From NCBI GenBank assembly GCA_951406725.2, contig OX597826.1:71114001-71178000 (forward strand): a stretch of DNA of 64,000 nt, given 5' to 3'. The stretch comes from Octopus vulgaris. Taxonomy: Eukaryota. Each line of letters starts with the position of its first letter. Position 1 is the first letter of the stretch. Shown here piece after piece: positions 52,957 through 64,000 of the stretch. The position numbers were made by a program, and so were the translations under genes. Below the pieces are notes generated by a model. It did no database searches and was not told the origin of the DNA. It saw only the letters and a program-made list of their open reading frames with translations.

Positions 52957-53352
52957 GGCAGACGAGTGGCTGTGTGGTAAGTAGCTTGTTTACCAACCAC
53001 ATGGTTCAGGGTTCAGTCCCACTGCGTGGCATCTTGGGCAAGTGTCTTCTGCTATAGCCCCGGGCCGACCAATGCCTTGTGAGTGGATTTGGTAGACGGA
53101 AACTGAAAGAAGCCTGTCATATATATGTGTATATGTGTGTGTATGTGTATGTTTGTGTGTATGTGTTTGTCCCCCTAGCATTGCTTGACAACCGATGCTG
53201 GTGTGTTTATGTCCCCGTTACTTAGCGGTTCGGCAAAAGAGACCGATAGAATAAGTACTGAGCTTACAAAGAATAAGTCTCGGGGTCGATTTGCTCGACT
53301 AAAGGCGGTGCTCCAGCATGGCCGCAGTCAAAATGACTGAAACAAGTAAAAG
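52957..53352 (+). mobile_element. SINE family D
   Basis: Full-length match. Confidence 0.85.
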
Positions 53353-53650
53353 AGAGAGAGAGAGATAGGAAAACTTGCGATGAAATAGTGAAGTCTGACA
53401 GCAGGATGTTGAAACTCACGAAGATGACAAAAACTGGGATGAATGGCGATTCGCTGTCCTCGAGAACACCGGGCATTCTCAGCAAAACTGAGATCCTAAA
53501 AGGATATCGTCAGTGTCTATGTCTCCTTTTCCCTCGTACCTAATTTGTACCGGTCAAACCTTCCCATATTCTCATCTTTATAGCTCCCACCCCATAATCG
53601 AACTTCAGTGCCATTTACAGCAAATCAAAACAGGTTTGCATGTATTACGT

Positions 53651-53915
53651 TGTGGAGGCGCGTGGCTTAGTGGTTAGGGTGTCAGCATCATGATCGTAAG
53701 ATTGTGGTTTCGATTCTTGGACCGGGCGACGCGCTGTGTTCTTGAGCAAAACACTTCATTTCACATTGCTCCAGTCCACTCAGCTGGCAAAAATGAGTAA
53801 CGCTGAGATGGACTGGCGTCCCGTCCAGCTAGGGAACACATACGCCATGGAAACCGGGAAACCGGGCCCATGAGCCTGGTTAGGCTTTAAAAGGGCGCAT
53901 TTATTTATTATTTTT
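53651..53915 (+). mobile_element. SINE family C
   Basis: Match to 22557-22815. Confidence 0.85.
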
Positions 53916-53923
53916 ATTATGTA

Positions 53924-54220
53924 CTAGCAGTATCGCCCGGCGTTGCTCGGGTTTGTAAGGGAAATAACTATATAAGCATTTTTAGAGAGTTACTTCCCCT
54001 ATATAATAGCAAAAAATGCATTAAAAATGGGAAAAAATGATGGTAATTTTTTTTTAAATCGTAGACTCATCGTAGACACGCGCTAATACCCAGAAGGGCT
54101 CGATATGAATCACGACTATAAGATACCCGCTTTTGGTTAAACTGCACCGCAAAATGTGGGAGTAGTTAGGAATCTAAATCGTAGGAGACAGACACACAAC
54201 TTCACTTTTATATATAAAGA
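53924..54220 (-). mobile_element. Non-autonomous Helitron
   Basis: Reverse complement of the 40801-41105 family with TC/CTAG ends. Confidence 0.85.
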
Positions 54221-54601
54221 TTACGTTACATTACAGAAGAACATAAGTACGTTCGTAAGTAAAGTAACATAATAGAATGTATGTGAGATTTTTAGCTACT
54301 GCACTCATAATAGAAAATTCATTTTGGAAACGTAGTCTTCTCCTTTTGCGGGTTAGTAAATAGAAAATCATGCGCGAGAACATGTGAAACCCTTCGGTCG
54401 CAACGGAAATTATACAAGGAGAGGTAGCTCTTCTTTCCTCTGGGACAAGAGTTTATTTATGCCTTCTTGCTTTTTCACTAGCAAGACTGTTTATTTACCT
54501 CCAGTATTGAAGAGGCTACTTCTTACCTCCGGCTAGCATGTTTGATGAATTATCAGTGTTGCCAAGGACAACACTAGATACGAAACCAATGGTAACGTCT
54601 T

Positions 54602-54831
54602 GGTGGCGAGCTGGCAGAAACGTTAACACGCCGGGCGAAATGCTTAGCGGTATTTCGTCTGCGTTACGTTGTGAGTTCGAATTCCGCCGAGGTCGACTGT
54701 GCCTTTCATCCTTTCGAGGTCGATAAATTAAGTACCAGTTACGCACTGGTGTCGATGTAATCGACTTAATACCTATGTCTGTCCTTGTTTGTCCCCTCTG
54801 TGTTTAGCCCCTTGTGGGTAATAAAGAAATA
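54602..54831 (+). mobile_element. SINE family A
   Basis: TSD ggtaacgtcttggt. Confidence 0.9.
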
Positions 54832-55314
54832 GGTAACGTCTTGGTCGTTTATATACCACAGAGAGAGAGGAGGGAAGAGAAAGAGAGAGAGAGAGAGACA
54901 GAAAGAGTGGGTGTGCGCGTGTGGGTGTCTCTACAGATTAGATCCAGAGTTGTTCGATACAGAAAGCACTTGGTAGCGCTCAAATGATTTGAAATTACAT
55001 TATGAAATCTTTACCAAGGACGAAGTCCGCGGAGTAAAGAGTTGTTATAAGAAGAATCCAGGTGGGCAGGTGTGGAGATAACGATGCAAATAAACAAAAA
55101 AATAAACTTCTTCAATATTCAAGTACAAATATGTAGGTAATTATATATATTAACAGAACAAACTTACACACAGTACAAAAACAGAGAAATTTAAAGTGGA
55201 GGAGGTATACTGTTACAAGTCCGACAGCAGTTTCTACAGGTTTTAACTTACGTCATAATGTTGGCGGATGTAGTTCACAAAAATAGGTGCCCAGTTACGG
55301 ATACTTATTTACAC

Positions 55315-55782
55315 ATTTACTTGTTTCAGTCATTTGACTGTGGCCATGCTGGAGCACTGCCCTTTAGTCGAGCAAATCGACCCCAGGACTTATTCTTTGT
55401 AAGCCTAGTACTTATTCTATCGGTCTCTTTTGCCCGAAGCTATAGTAGAAGACACTTGCCCAAGATGCCACGCAGTGGGACTGAACCCGGAACCATGTGG
55501 TTCGTAAGCAAGCTACTTACCACACAGCCACTCCTACGCCTATGTATATATTTTTTTCTTCTTTACTGCCCTCAAGGGGCTAAACATAGAGGGGACAAAC
55601 AAGGACAGACAAAGGGATTAAGTCGATTACATCGACCCCAGTGCGTAACAGGTACTTAATTTATCGACCCGGAAAGGATGAAAGGCAAAGTCGACCTTGG
55701 CGGAATTTGAACTCAGAACATAGCGGCAGACGAAATACGGCTACGCATTTCGCCCGGCGTGCTAACGTCTCTGCCAGCTCAC
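55315..55782 (-). mobile_element. Adjacent SINE D (deleted) and SINE A copies
   Basis: Reverse-complement matches. Confidence 0.8.
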
Positions 55783-55840
55783 CGGCGACCACACCTGTTC
55801 ACCGTCGTCTACATAGAGCCAGAGATGTCGCAGTCTCAGC

Positions 55841-55841
<1 letters not shown>
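55783..55841 (-). mobile_element. 59-bp piece of the Tx1/L1 element at 1-1013
   Basis: 58/59 identical to 795-853; joined directly to (GATA)n. Confidence 0.9.
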
Positions 55842-55914
<73 letters not shown>

Positions 55915-55986
55915 CATACAGACAGACAGACAGACAGACAGACAGGTAGCTATTTATGTAGGTAGGTAGGTAGGTAGGTAAGTAGA

Positions 55987-56018
<32 letters not shown>

Positions 56019-56362
56019 TAGACATAGGCGCAGGCGTGAGTGTGTAGTAAGAAATTTGCTTCTCAACCACACGGTTCCTTTTTTTCTTTTTACTCTCTGT
56101 AAGTTTCTCGGTAACATGTTGAAGCATTTGTCATGGTGGTAGAAATTTTTGCACTTCGTTCAAAATCTGGATCTTGTGTTTGAAAAATAAAACTCGTAAA
56201 CCCGGGGTCTCGTAAAGCGAGTGCTCGTAAAATGAAGTATTACTGTAGTTCACTGACAGACAGGGCCGCTTCAAGGTACTGGTAACTCGAGCAGTCGCCC
56301 GCGGCGCCGTGTGCTGGGGCGCCAAGGAGAGCGTAACAAAGACAAGGGAATTCCCATGACCA

Positions 56363-56562
56363 TCAGGCGCAGGAGTGGCTGTGTGGTAAGTAGCTTGCTT
56401 ACCAACCACATGGTTCCGGGTTCAGTCCCACTGCGTGACTTCTAGTCTTCTACTATAGCCTTGGGCCGACTTATAGTCTTCTACTATAGCCTCGGGCTAT
56501 AGTGAGTGGATTTGGTAGACGGAAACTGAAAGAAGCCGGTCGTACATATATGTATCTATATA

Positions 56563-56617
<55 letters not shown>

Positions 56618-56838
56618 GTGTTTGTGTGTGTGTGTTTGTCCCCCCAACATCGCTTGACAACCGATGCTGGTGTGTTTACGTCCCCGTTACTTAGCGGTTC
56701 GGCAAAAAAGACCGATAGAATAAGTACTAGGCTTTCAAAGAATAAGTCCTGGGGTCGATTTGCTCGACTAAAGGCGGTGCTCCAGCATGGCCACAGTCAA
56801 ATGACTGAAACAAGTAAAAGAGTAAAAAGAGTAAAAGA
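56363..56838 (+). mobile_element. SINE family D
   Basis: Match with a small internal rearrangement. Confidence 0.85.
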
Positions 56839-59299
56839 TAGTATCAGGTTGTACAAGCCGAAGTTCAGCTTGCCCGGGGCGCCGGCAACCCTTGGGCCGG
56901 CTGTGCTGACAGGTCCCGATACTTAAGGATTTGTTCCGTTCGGTTATGGAAGCAGTGACCCTCCCATTTACTGCAGCATCCAAGATGTGGTGTTGTATCC
57001 AATTTTGAAACTGTCATGTGCGATCTGAGAGAAATTTGGCTGCTTTTTTAACAGAAAACTTATTCAGAAAATATAAATGAAATAGTGATGCAATAATTGT
57101 TCTTTAAATCACATTAATTTCGTATCCCTCTTTTCTACCGGCTAAAAATTACATAGAAATTATTTAAGTTGTATATTTTACATTAAATAAATAAAAAAAA
57201 AAAGAAAAGAAAGAAAAAAGTTTCAAAGAAAATATTCTTTTATTAACCATAATTTCAGCAAGTTTTATTGACCTTCTTGTAAAATACGGAGAAAGGTTCA
57301 ATGTTTAAGAATGTATGAGTGTATGAATATGCTAAGCATGTCTAACGTTCATGTGTGGGTATGCAGTAAACGCATGTATACGATACATATATAATACAAA
57401 ACCAAATTAAAAATATATATATACAAAACGGATGGGGGAAAAATGGGAAAAAGAAATTTTAAAAATATCAATTAAACAACCATTATCGAATACGTCACTA
57501 CAGTGGTGGCGCCGGCGGTGGTGGTGGTGGTGGTGGGCCTTTTTACTACTTGTTGAATCACATAGTAAGCACTATCTCGTGTGTGTGTTTGTGTATGTAT
57601 TTAATCATGAGTGTCGGTGGGTGTTCCTGACCTGAGACGATAAGAAATATATATGAACAAAAAGTTATGATAAGTGGGTAATTCCAATATCATCTCCTGT
57701 TTCTTATTTCTTGGGCCTGTTTCGTCATCAAAGGAGTTTTTTTAGTTTGGACAGAGAGAGAGAGAGAGAGACAAAAAAAAAAGACGGAAAGAGCAGGTAG
57801 AAAGAAGGAAGTCAAAAAGTTTTATCGAACCTCACCAGTTTAACTAGATATATTCAATTATTCAAGATGCACAGGATGAGAAAAGTAAGTAATTTATAAT
57901 TTATCATAGATTAATATTACAAGATAATCGTCTTATTGTTTCGAGTCAAATCCAAAGAATACCGCTTTATTATCGTCAATTTAATTTTTAAAACTCGGTC
58001 TTTTTGTTTTTATTTCGTTCATAAATTAAATAGAAATTGTTCGGTAATTAATATACAACCAGGAAGTGAACATAAGAAACAAATCTTCATTTAATTCTTC
58101 GCGCTTCTTTTTTTGGTATTTATGTGCAATTAAGCAGTTATAAGGAAGAATTTAGTGTAGTGCAGTACAGGATCGCCGTATCTTAATACAAATAAAGTTG
58201 TTATTCAATAGTTTGCCTTTGACAAACTACTGAATAATTATTTTATCGTTGTTTTACATGTTTAGATAACTTAGATATGTTTCGACCAAAGATTGGTCCA
58301 GGCCATGTCTAACTTAATAGCACCACCTGATAGGATTATTCGAATCCTGAAGTCAAGTTTTGTTCAAGTAGTGAGTTCTTGTTGGGTGAGTTGTATCAAG
58401 TTTTGTTCCGTGATTCAAACCGAATCTGTTTTGTTTTTTACTTTTCATCGGACCTTTTGTTTTTCCGTTGTTTCATACGATAAGGGTGTCATTTGAGGGG
58501 CATATTGTGACAATCTATAAACAATAACTTAGTGTAGAGGTTGTAAGCTGTGTATATCGTCAGTATGAGCGGATTTCTAGTTTAAACAACCCATGTAACC
58601 CATCATAACTTTTATTTTTTTTAATTTTCAGAAAATCTTTGCGAATTTGTGTTTTTCTCAAGGGGGTTCATACGATTGTGTGATTTAATGACGATTTAGC
58701 TGTTGTTTTTAGCACATCTCACGATCACCTGAAGCCTTCCTCGTTCTGACATGCTTTTATGTTTTTCTGTATCTCCCACCATAAACACATTTTTTAGAAT
58801 GATGATGCGCCCAAGAGGGGTTCATAGCTGTGGTTTAAGCAAATGAAAAAAAAATGTACTGTCCGTATTTTAAATTTTGATTTTTTTAAAAATCGAAGAA
58901 GAGTAGAACTTTCAGGATTTATGTATAAACACGGTGATGAGCTGGTATAATTGTTGTCGCTTCAGAAAAAGTACTTAGTGGTTTTTCTTCCAACTTTATG
59001 TTCTGAGTTCAAATGTGGCCGGAATCGGTTTTACTTTCCGTCCTTTCGGTGGCGATAAAATTACCAGTTGAGCACTAGGGTCGATCGAGGTAATCGATTT
59101 ACAGCTTCCCCAACAAAATTTGAAACCAATATGTATACTGATAATATACACATTATTAATATTGAATATTGATTATATGTATAGTTATACGTAAAATATT
59201 TATCGATTGACAAGCCCCTAGCATGTAGGTAACGAAAACACCTCAATGGCCACCTTGATTTGTCGAGTTTTCTTTCACTTCCTTATTTTGGGTTATTTC

Positions 59300-59650
59300 T
59301 TTTATTACTCTTTTATACTCTTTTACTTGTTTCAGTCATTTGACTGCGGCCATGCTGGAGCACCACCTTTTAGTACTTATTCTATCGGTCTCTTTTTGCC
59401 GAACCGCTAAGTGACGGGGACGTAAACACACCAGCATCGGTTGTCAAGCAATGCTAGGGGGACAAACACAGACACACACACACATATACATATATATACA
59501 TATATACGACAGGCTTCTTTCAGTTTCCGTCTACCAAATCCACTCACAAGGCATTGGTCGGCCCGGGGCTATAGCAGAAGACACTTGCCCAAGATGCCAC
59601 GCAGTGGACTGAACCCGCAACCGTGTGGTTGGTTAGCAAGCTACTTACCA
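59300..59650 (-). mobile_element. SINE family D
   Basis: Reverse-complement match. Confidence 0.8.
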
Positions 59651-60352
59651 CTACTGCAGATTTTGATTTTTTTTTTCTTTTTTAATAGCATAAATGTGTT
59701 TATGGGGAGAAAATATTGAAAAACTTCAAAATTTTCATTTTTTCTTTTTCACTGAGAAGGTTTCTCCCAATCTTTTGTAAGTGCATAGTGCAAAATAAAT
59801 TGGCCAAAATCGGTCCGGTGGGGGGGGGGGGAAGGATAAGGTGAATAATCGTAAATTTTTGAAACTTTTTATTTTTCATAAAAATGACCCTCGTCGTTTC
59901 CAAAGTCGTGGTTATAAATAGAAATGGAAAAATCGTCAAAATGGGGAAATCCAACTAGCGTGGGCGTGGTGATCGAAAACTGCACCCAGATTTTTTTATC
60001 TAACAACACATTTTGACAGACTGAAAACAAAAGAAAAGAAACATTAAAAGTATAAAACATCAAATTATAAAGCAAAAAAAAAAAAAACAGAACTACTTTA
60101 CCAAGGAAACAAAGAAAGTAAAATTGTCAGGTGACTGGACTGATGCCTGCCTTAAGCCAACATTGGTAGCCTACTTAGGATAAGGTTCTACATCTTCATT
60201 GCACTCAGATTGGGAGTTGATATCTGTGGGGGACTGATATGTTGCTGTGGTAGGCCTCTTTCCCACAGACCTTCATGATTTGTCTTACCACCTAAATGCT
60301 GGTCGTTTTGCTCATCAAACTTAACCATTAAGCAGGCCCTAGCTCAGATTAA

Positions 60353-60572
60353 CCCTTTCACTACTGTATTTATTTTGGAATGCTCTGTGTTTCTTTCAGT
60401 TACTTTAAATGTAACAAACAATTTAGTAAAATAATTTAGTTATCATTCAGCTAGTGTTAGGAACATAAATTATGACTAAGGTTTGGTGGAAGATTTTAAT
60501 TCCAAACTTATGAAAACAAGACATTTGTACTCAGAGCTAGGGCCGGTTTCAGCCGGGTTGGTAACAAAAGGG
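60353..60572. mobile_element. piggyBac-type MITE
   Basis: TTAA|CCCTTT...AAAGGG|TTAA. Confidence 0.75.
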
Positions 60573-60864
60573 TTAATGCCCCCTTGTGGAGCCAGTCGGA
60601 TTATCCAGAAGCGATGGAAAGAGACCAGATGGTCTTACCCTTTGTCCCTGGATTAGAAGTAGGTGTCTCATCTGGAACCCACAATCTGTGACTGCATTGT
60701 CCCTTCTGACATCTTATATGCTGTGCTAAATGGGAGGGTCACTGCTTCCATAGTATCAGGACTTGTGAGTGAATTATTTCCCCCAGCCTGTGGCATTTGA
60801 GACATTTGGAGGGGCTGGGCTGCTAACAGCTTAGTTCTTGTCATCTTTGGCGGCTCACCTTACC

Positions 60865-61085
60865 TATTTCTTTACTACCCACAAGGGGCTAAACACAGAG
60901 GGGACAAACAAGGACAGACAAACGGATCAAGTCAATTACACTGACCCCAGTGCGTAACTGGTACTTATTTAATCGACCCCGAAAGGATGAAAGGCAAAGT
61001 CGACCTCGGCGGAATTTGAACTCAGAACGTAACGGCAGACAAAATACGGCTACGCATTTCGCCCGGCGTGCTAACAATTCTGCCA
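60865..61085 (-). mobile_element. SINE family A
   Basis: 16-bp TSD GGCGGCTCACCTTACC (60849-60864, 61086-61101). Confidence 0.9.
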
Positions 61086-61869
61086 GGCGGCTCACCTTAC
61101 CGTGGTGTTAGGTGATGCCCATGAGGGTGCTTAGCTGTTCCAATGCCTTAGCCTCACTCCTACCTCGTGGGGCTTATTTCTCAGACGGGCTACACTGACC
61201 CGGGCACAAACTGATGGCAGCCAGTCAGAATCCCATATTTGTTTATCTTCCTCCCCTCTGCTTTACAGGAAATGATACTTGGGTTTGCAGCTGATTCAGC
61301 AAGGTTGGAGTCAGAGAATACATCACATCCCAGATTAGGGATTTGCCTCCCACATTAAGTTTCATGTTAAACTCTTCTTTCTTAATTGGCAATCCTTTGG
61401 TATTCATATGCAATATTATGATATCATTCACCCACACAACCTCATACTGACACTCTAGAGAGGATCACTTCTCGGTTTCCTATCATTATGATATCACTAT
61501 TTGAAAGTGGCAAGGTCACAGGACCATTTGTGTGTCAGATAAAATGCTTAGTGGCATTTCTTCCAGTTCTGTTTAAATATATATATGTATATATATATAT
61601 TATATTAAATTAGAGATAAAACCACTATTAGGCAAATCAAATAGTGAAAAACATAAGCCAATACATAAAATTAATTTAAAAATATAAAAGTTAAAAATTA
61701 AAAAATTATTTAAATAATTTAAACTTATAAATTTTAAATATATATATATGTATGTATGTATATTTTTATATTTATATATTATTTTATTTGTTAATTAATT
61801 AATTTTTGGGGTTTTTTTTAATTATATAACTATCAAAAAGTATTAAAAGTTTAATAAAAGATAAAGAGT

Positions 61870-61968
61870 AAAACACTACGATCGTTTCATGGCCGTACCA
61901 ATTCGAATAACAATAATTTAAATTCAATTAATAATTCGAGTTATGGTCACAGTCAATCTTCAGGTTTA
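61870..61968 (-). ncRNA. Type I minimal hammerhead ribozyme motif in an AT-rich Penelope-like remnant
   Basis: Minus strand: aaac-CTGAAGA, long imperfect stem II hairpin, GAAACGATCGTA-gtgttt. Intact core, palindromic stem III, GUA triplet; stem I is imperfect. Confidence 0.55.
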
Positions 61969-62891
61969 TTGAAATATTTTTAAAATAATCAGAAATATTT
62001 AAACAATATTTTTAAGATATAAATAATATAATAATTTTACTTATAATAAACTCTATTATCAAACTAGAAACTTAAAACTTAACATTTATGATTATATCAA
62101 AATCGATTATAATGTTAAATATTAATTTTAATTTATAATGTAAGAAACCCACCAATAATCTAATATCGGTAATAGTCTATATCTAATTACATAAATATTT
62201 TTTTAAAAATGACTATTATATATAAATTATCAATGAAAATATATAAATGTATATAAATATTATAATTAAGATCTAAAATAATCTCTATAAATAAATATAT
62301 ATGCACATATAATAAAGACCTAATAAATTAATTTTTCATATTTAAAGATGAAATAGCTAATTTCAAAAATACAAACAAACAATCTTAAACGAACTTTCAG
62401 AAATCTTATTTAAAATACTCAATTCGTAGTTATATAGTATCGAATAAATACTATAAATACTATAAATATATTTATCAATGGGAATAACTAGCGAATATCA
62501 ATGTAAAAAGACAATAACTAAGTTATGCTATTAAGTTAGGACCAATCTTTGGTCGAAACATATCTAAGTTTATCTAATTTTAATTATAAGAAATTTAAAA
62601 CTACAATTAATACTATAATACATGTATATACAAAAACCTAACTTTAGACACCTCGTATACTTGCTATCAAACAACAAATCTATCGCTAAGTAATATTTTA
62701 CGAATAAACTTAAATTTAATATCTAATAATATAAAAAATTACGATAATTAGATCATTACATAAACAACGATATTTACATAAGAAAAATATTATTACACCA
62801 AAGACTTATAAAATATTAAAATTTACAATTTAAAGATCTTAAATATAAATAAATACTTATCTTAGCGAGGTTTTGTAATGATATATATATG

Positions 62892-64000
62892 TCAGGTCAT
62901 CCCATAAGTTCTGTCCAAATTTTGAATTTAAAAAAACAAGTGATCAAATGTTATATTTGATTCAAATTTATTCAACAATATACTTTCCCTGATTATCTAT
63001 GACTTCCTTCCATCTATTTACAAGCTTTTTAATCCCATCAATGTAAAACTCTTTTGATTTCAAAGCGAAGAACACTGAAATGTCAGTTTCGACCTCCTCC
63101 TGGCTTGTGAATGTTACGTTCCTCAAATGATTCTGTAAACTACAAAACAAATGGTAGTCTGAAGGAGCAAGGTTGGGAGAATAAGGTGGATGAGGAATTT
63201 TTTCCCAACCAATTTCTTCAATCTTCTGTGATGTGATCTTTGCAGTGTGGGGTTGTGCATTGTACTGATGAAACATCACTCCTTTTCGATTCACTAAAGC
63301 GGGCCTTTTTTTCTTCAAAGCTTGGTTCAAATGCTCTATAGCTGATTGTAGACTTGAGCTTTGATTGTTGCATTAGGTGGTAACAATTCAAAGTGAATTA
63401 CTCCTTTACAATCCCACCAGATAGGGAGAAGAAACTTTTTACCATGAAGTTCCCTTCTCGGTTGTGGTTGAGCTTTTTCCCTTTTACCAAGCCACTGTTT
63501 ACATCGGTTAACATTTCGATAGAAGATCCATTTTTCATCACCAATCACAAATCTATCCAAATAGAGTGAAATGAGTTTGCAAGAATGGAGAGTAAAGCAG
63601 ATGTAAACTTGGGATTTGCAGTTGCTTGCAGACAATTCATGAGGCACCCATTTTCCAAGTTTAGGAACCTTTCCTAGTTGTTGAAGATGACGATGAACAG
63701 TTGTATGATTTGAACTAAGCTTTATTGCCAATTCTTCAGCTGATAATGTAGGATTTACTCCAAGTAATGCCTTAAGGAGCTATTCAATCTTCATCTTCAA
63801 GGCTGAAATCTCCACTTCTGAATTTTGCAAACCATCTTCTGCAAGTTCTTTCATTCAAGCATTCTTTCCCATAAATTGAGTGCATCTTTCAAGTCACTTC
63901 GGCTGCAGAGTTTCCTTTTTTGCACTCATAAAGCATTATGTGCCTCAGATGCTCTTTGGATACTTTCATGTTAGAAAGGGTTTTAATCAAAGAAATTAAT
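62892..64000 (-). mobile_element. Near full-length mariner transposon; transposase pseudogene 63969->62968
   Basis: MKVSKEHLRHIMLYE start, WVPHEL, GDEKW, HQYNAQPH (second catalytic D lost), YSPNLAPSDYHLF. Stops and frameshifts present; the other TIR is outside the window. Confidence 0.92.

Noticed and set aside
62968-63969. Active or domesticated (SETMAR-like) transposase, or Fanzor/TnpB cargo
   Set aside because: Multiple stops and frameshifts, loss of a catalytic Asp, no SET exon, and no RuvC/TnpB motifs seen in the ORF track.

Overview
Eukaryotic, AT-rich, repeat-dense animal DNA. It is most likely an octopus/cephalopod genome, inferred from the tRNA-derived SINE families and the extreme microsatellite load; no database search was run. 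Most ORFs in the track are microsatellite or SINE artefacts. Supported genes: (1) A minus-strand secreted-protein gene. A very large coding exon (6263->3819, one homopolymer frameshift near 4925) encodes a signal peptide, furin sites and about 40 PEPE-RR/RK 9-aa repeats. It splices in matching phase to a 161-nt exon (1401->1241) with stanniocalcin-like cysteine spacing, and the gene continues beyond the left edge. (2) A compact plus-strand gene for a 118-aa secreted Gly/Trp-rich protein (40365-40721) with a TATA box, a 3'UTR intron and polyA signals. (3) An intact tRNA-Asn(GTT) inside that intron. The rest is mobile-element debris: Tx1/L1, RLE-type (R4-like) and RTE LINE fragments, at least five SINE families, mariner, hAT, piggyBac and pogo MITEs, non-autonomous Helitrons, and Penelope-type minimal hammerhead motifs. 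Notable patterns are SINE concatemers with one fixed junction, LINE ends joined to (GATA)n or (CATA)n arrays, a minisatellite born by inversion inside a SINE, and a CRE/CCAAT/DR1 motif cluster. Repeat boundaries are read by eye and are approximate unless target-site duplications (TSDs) are quoted.
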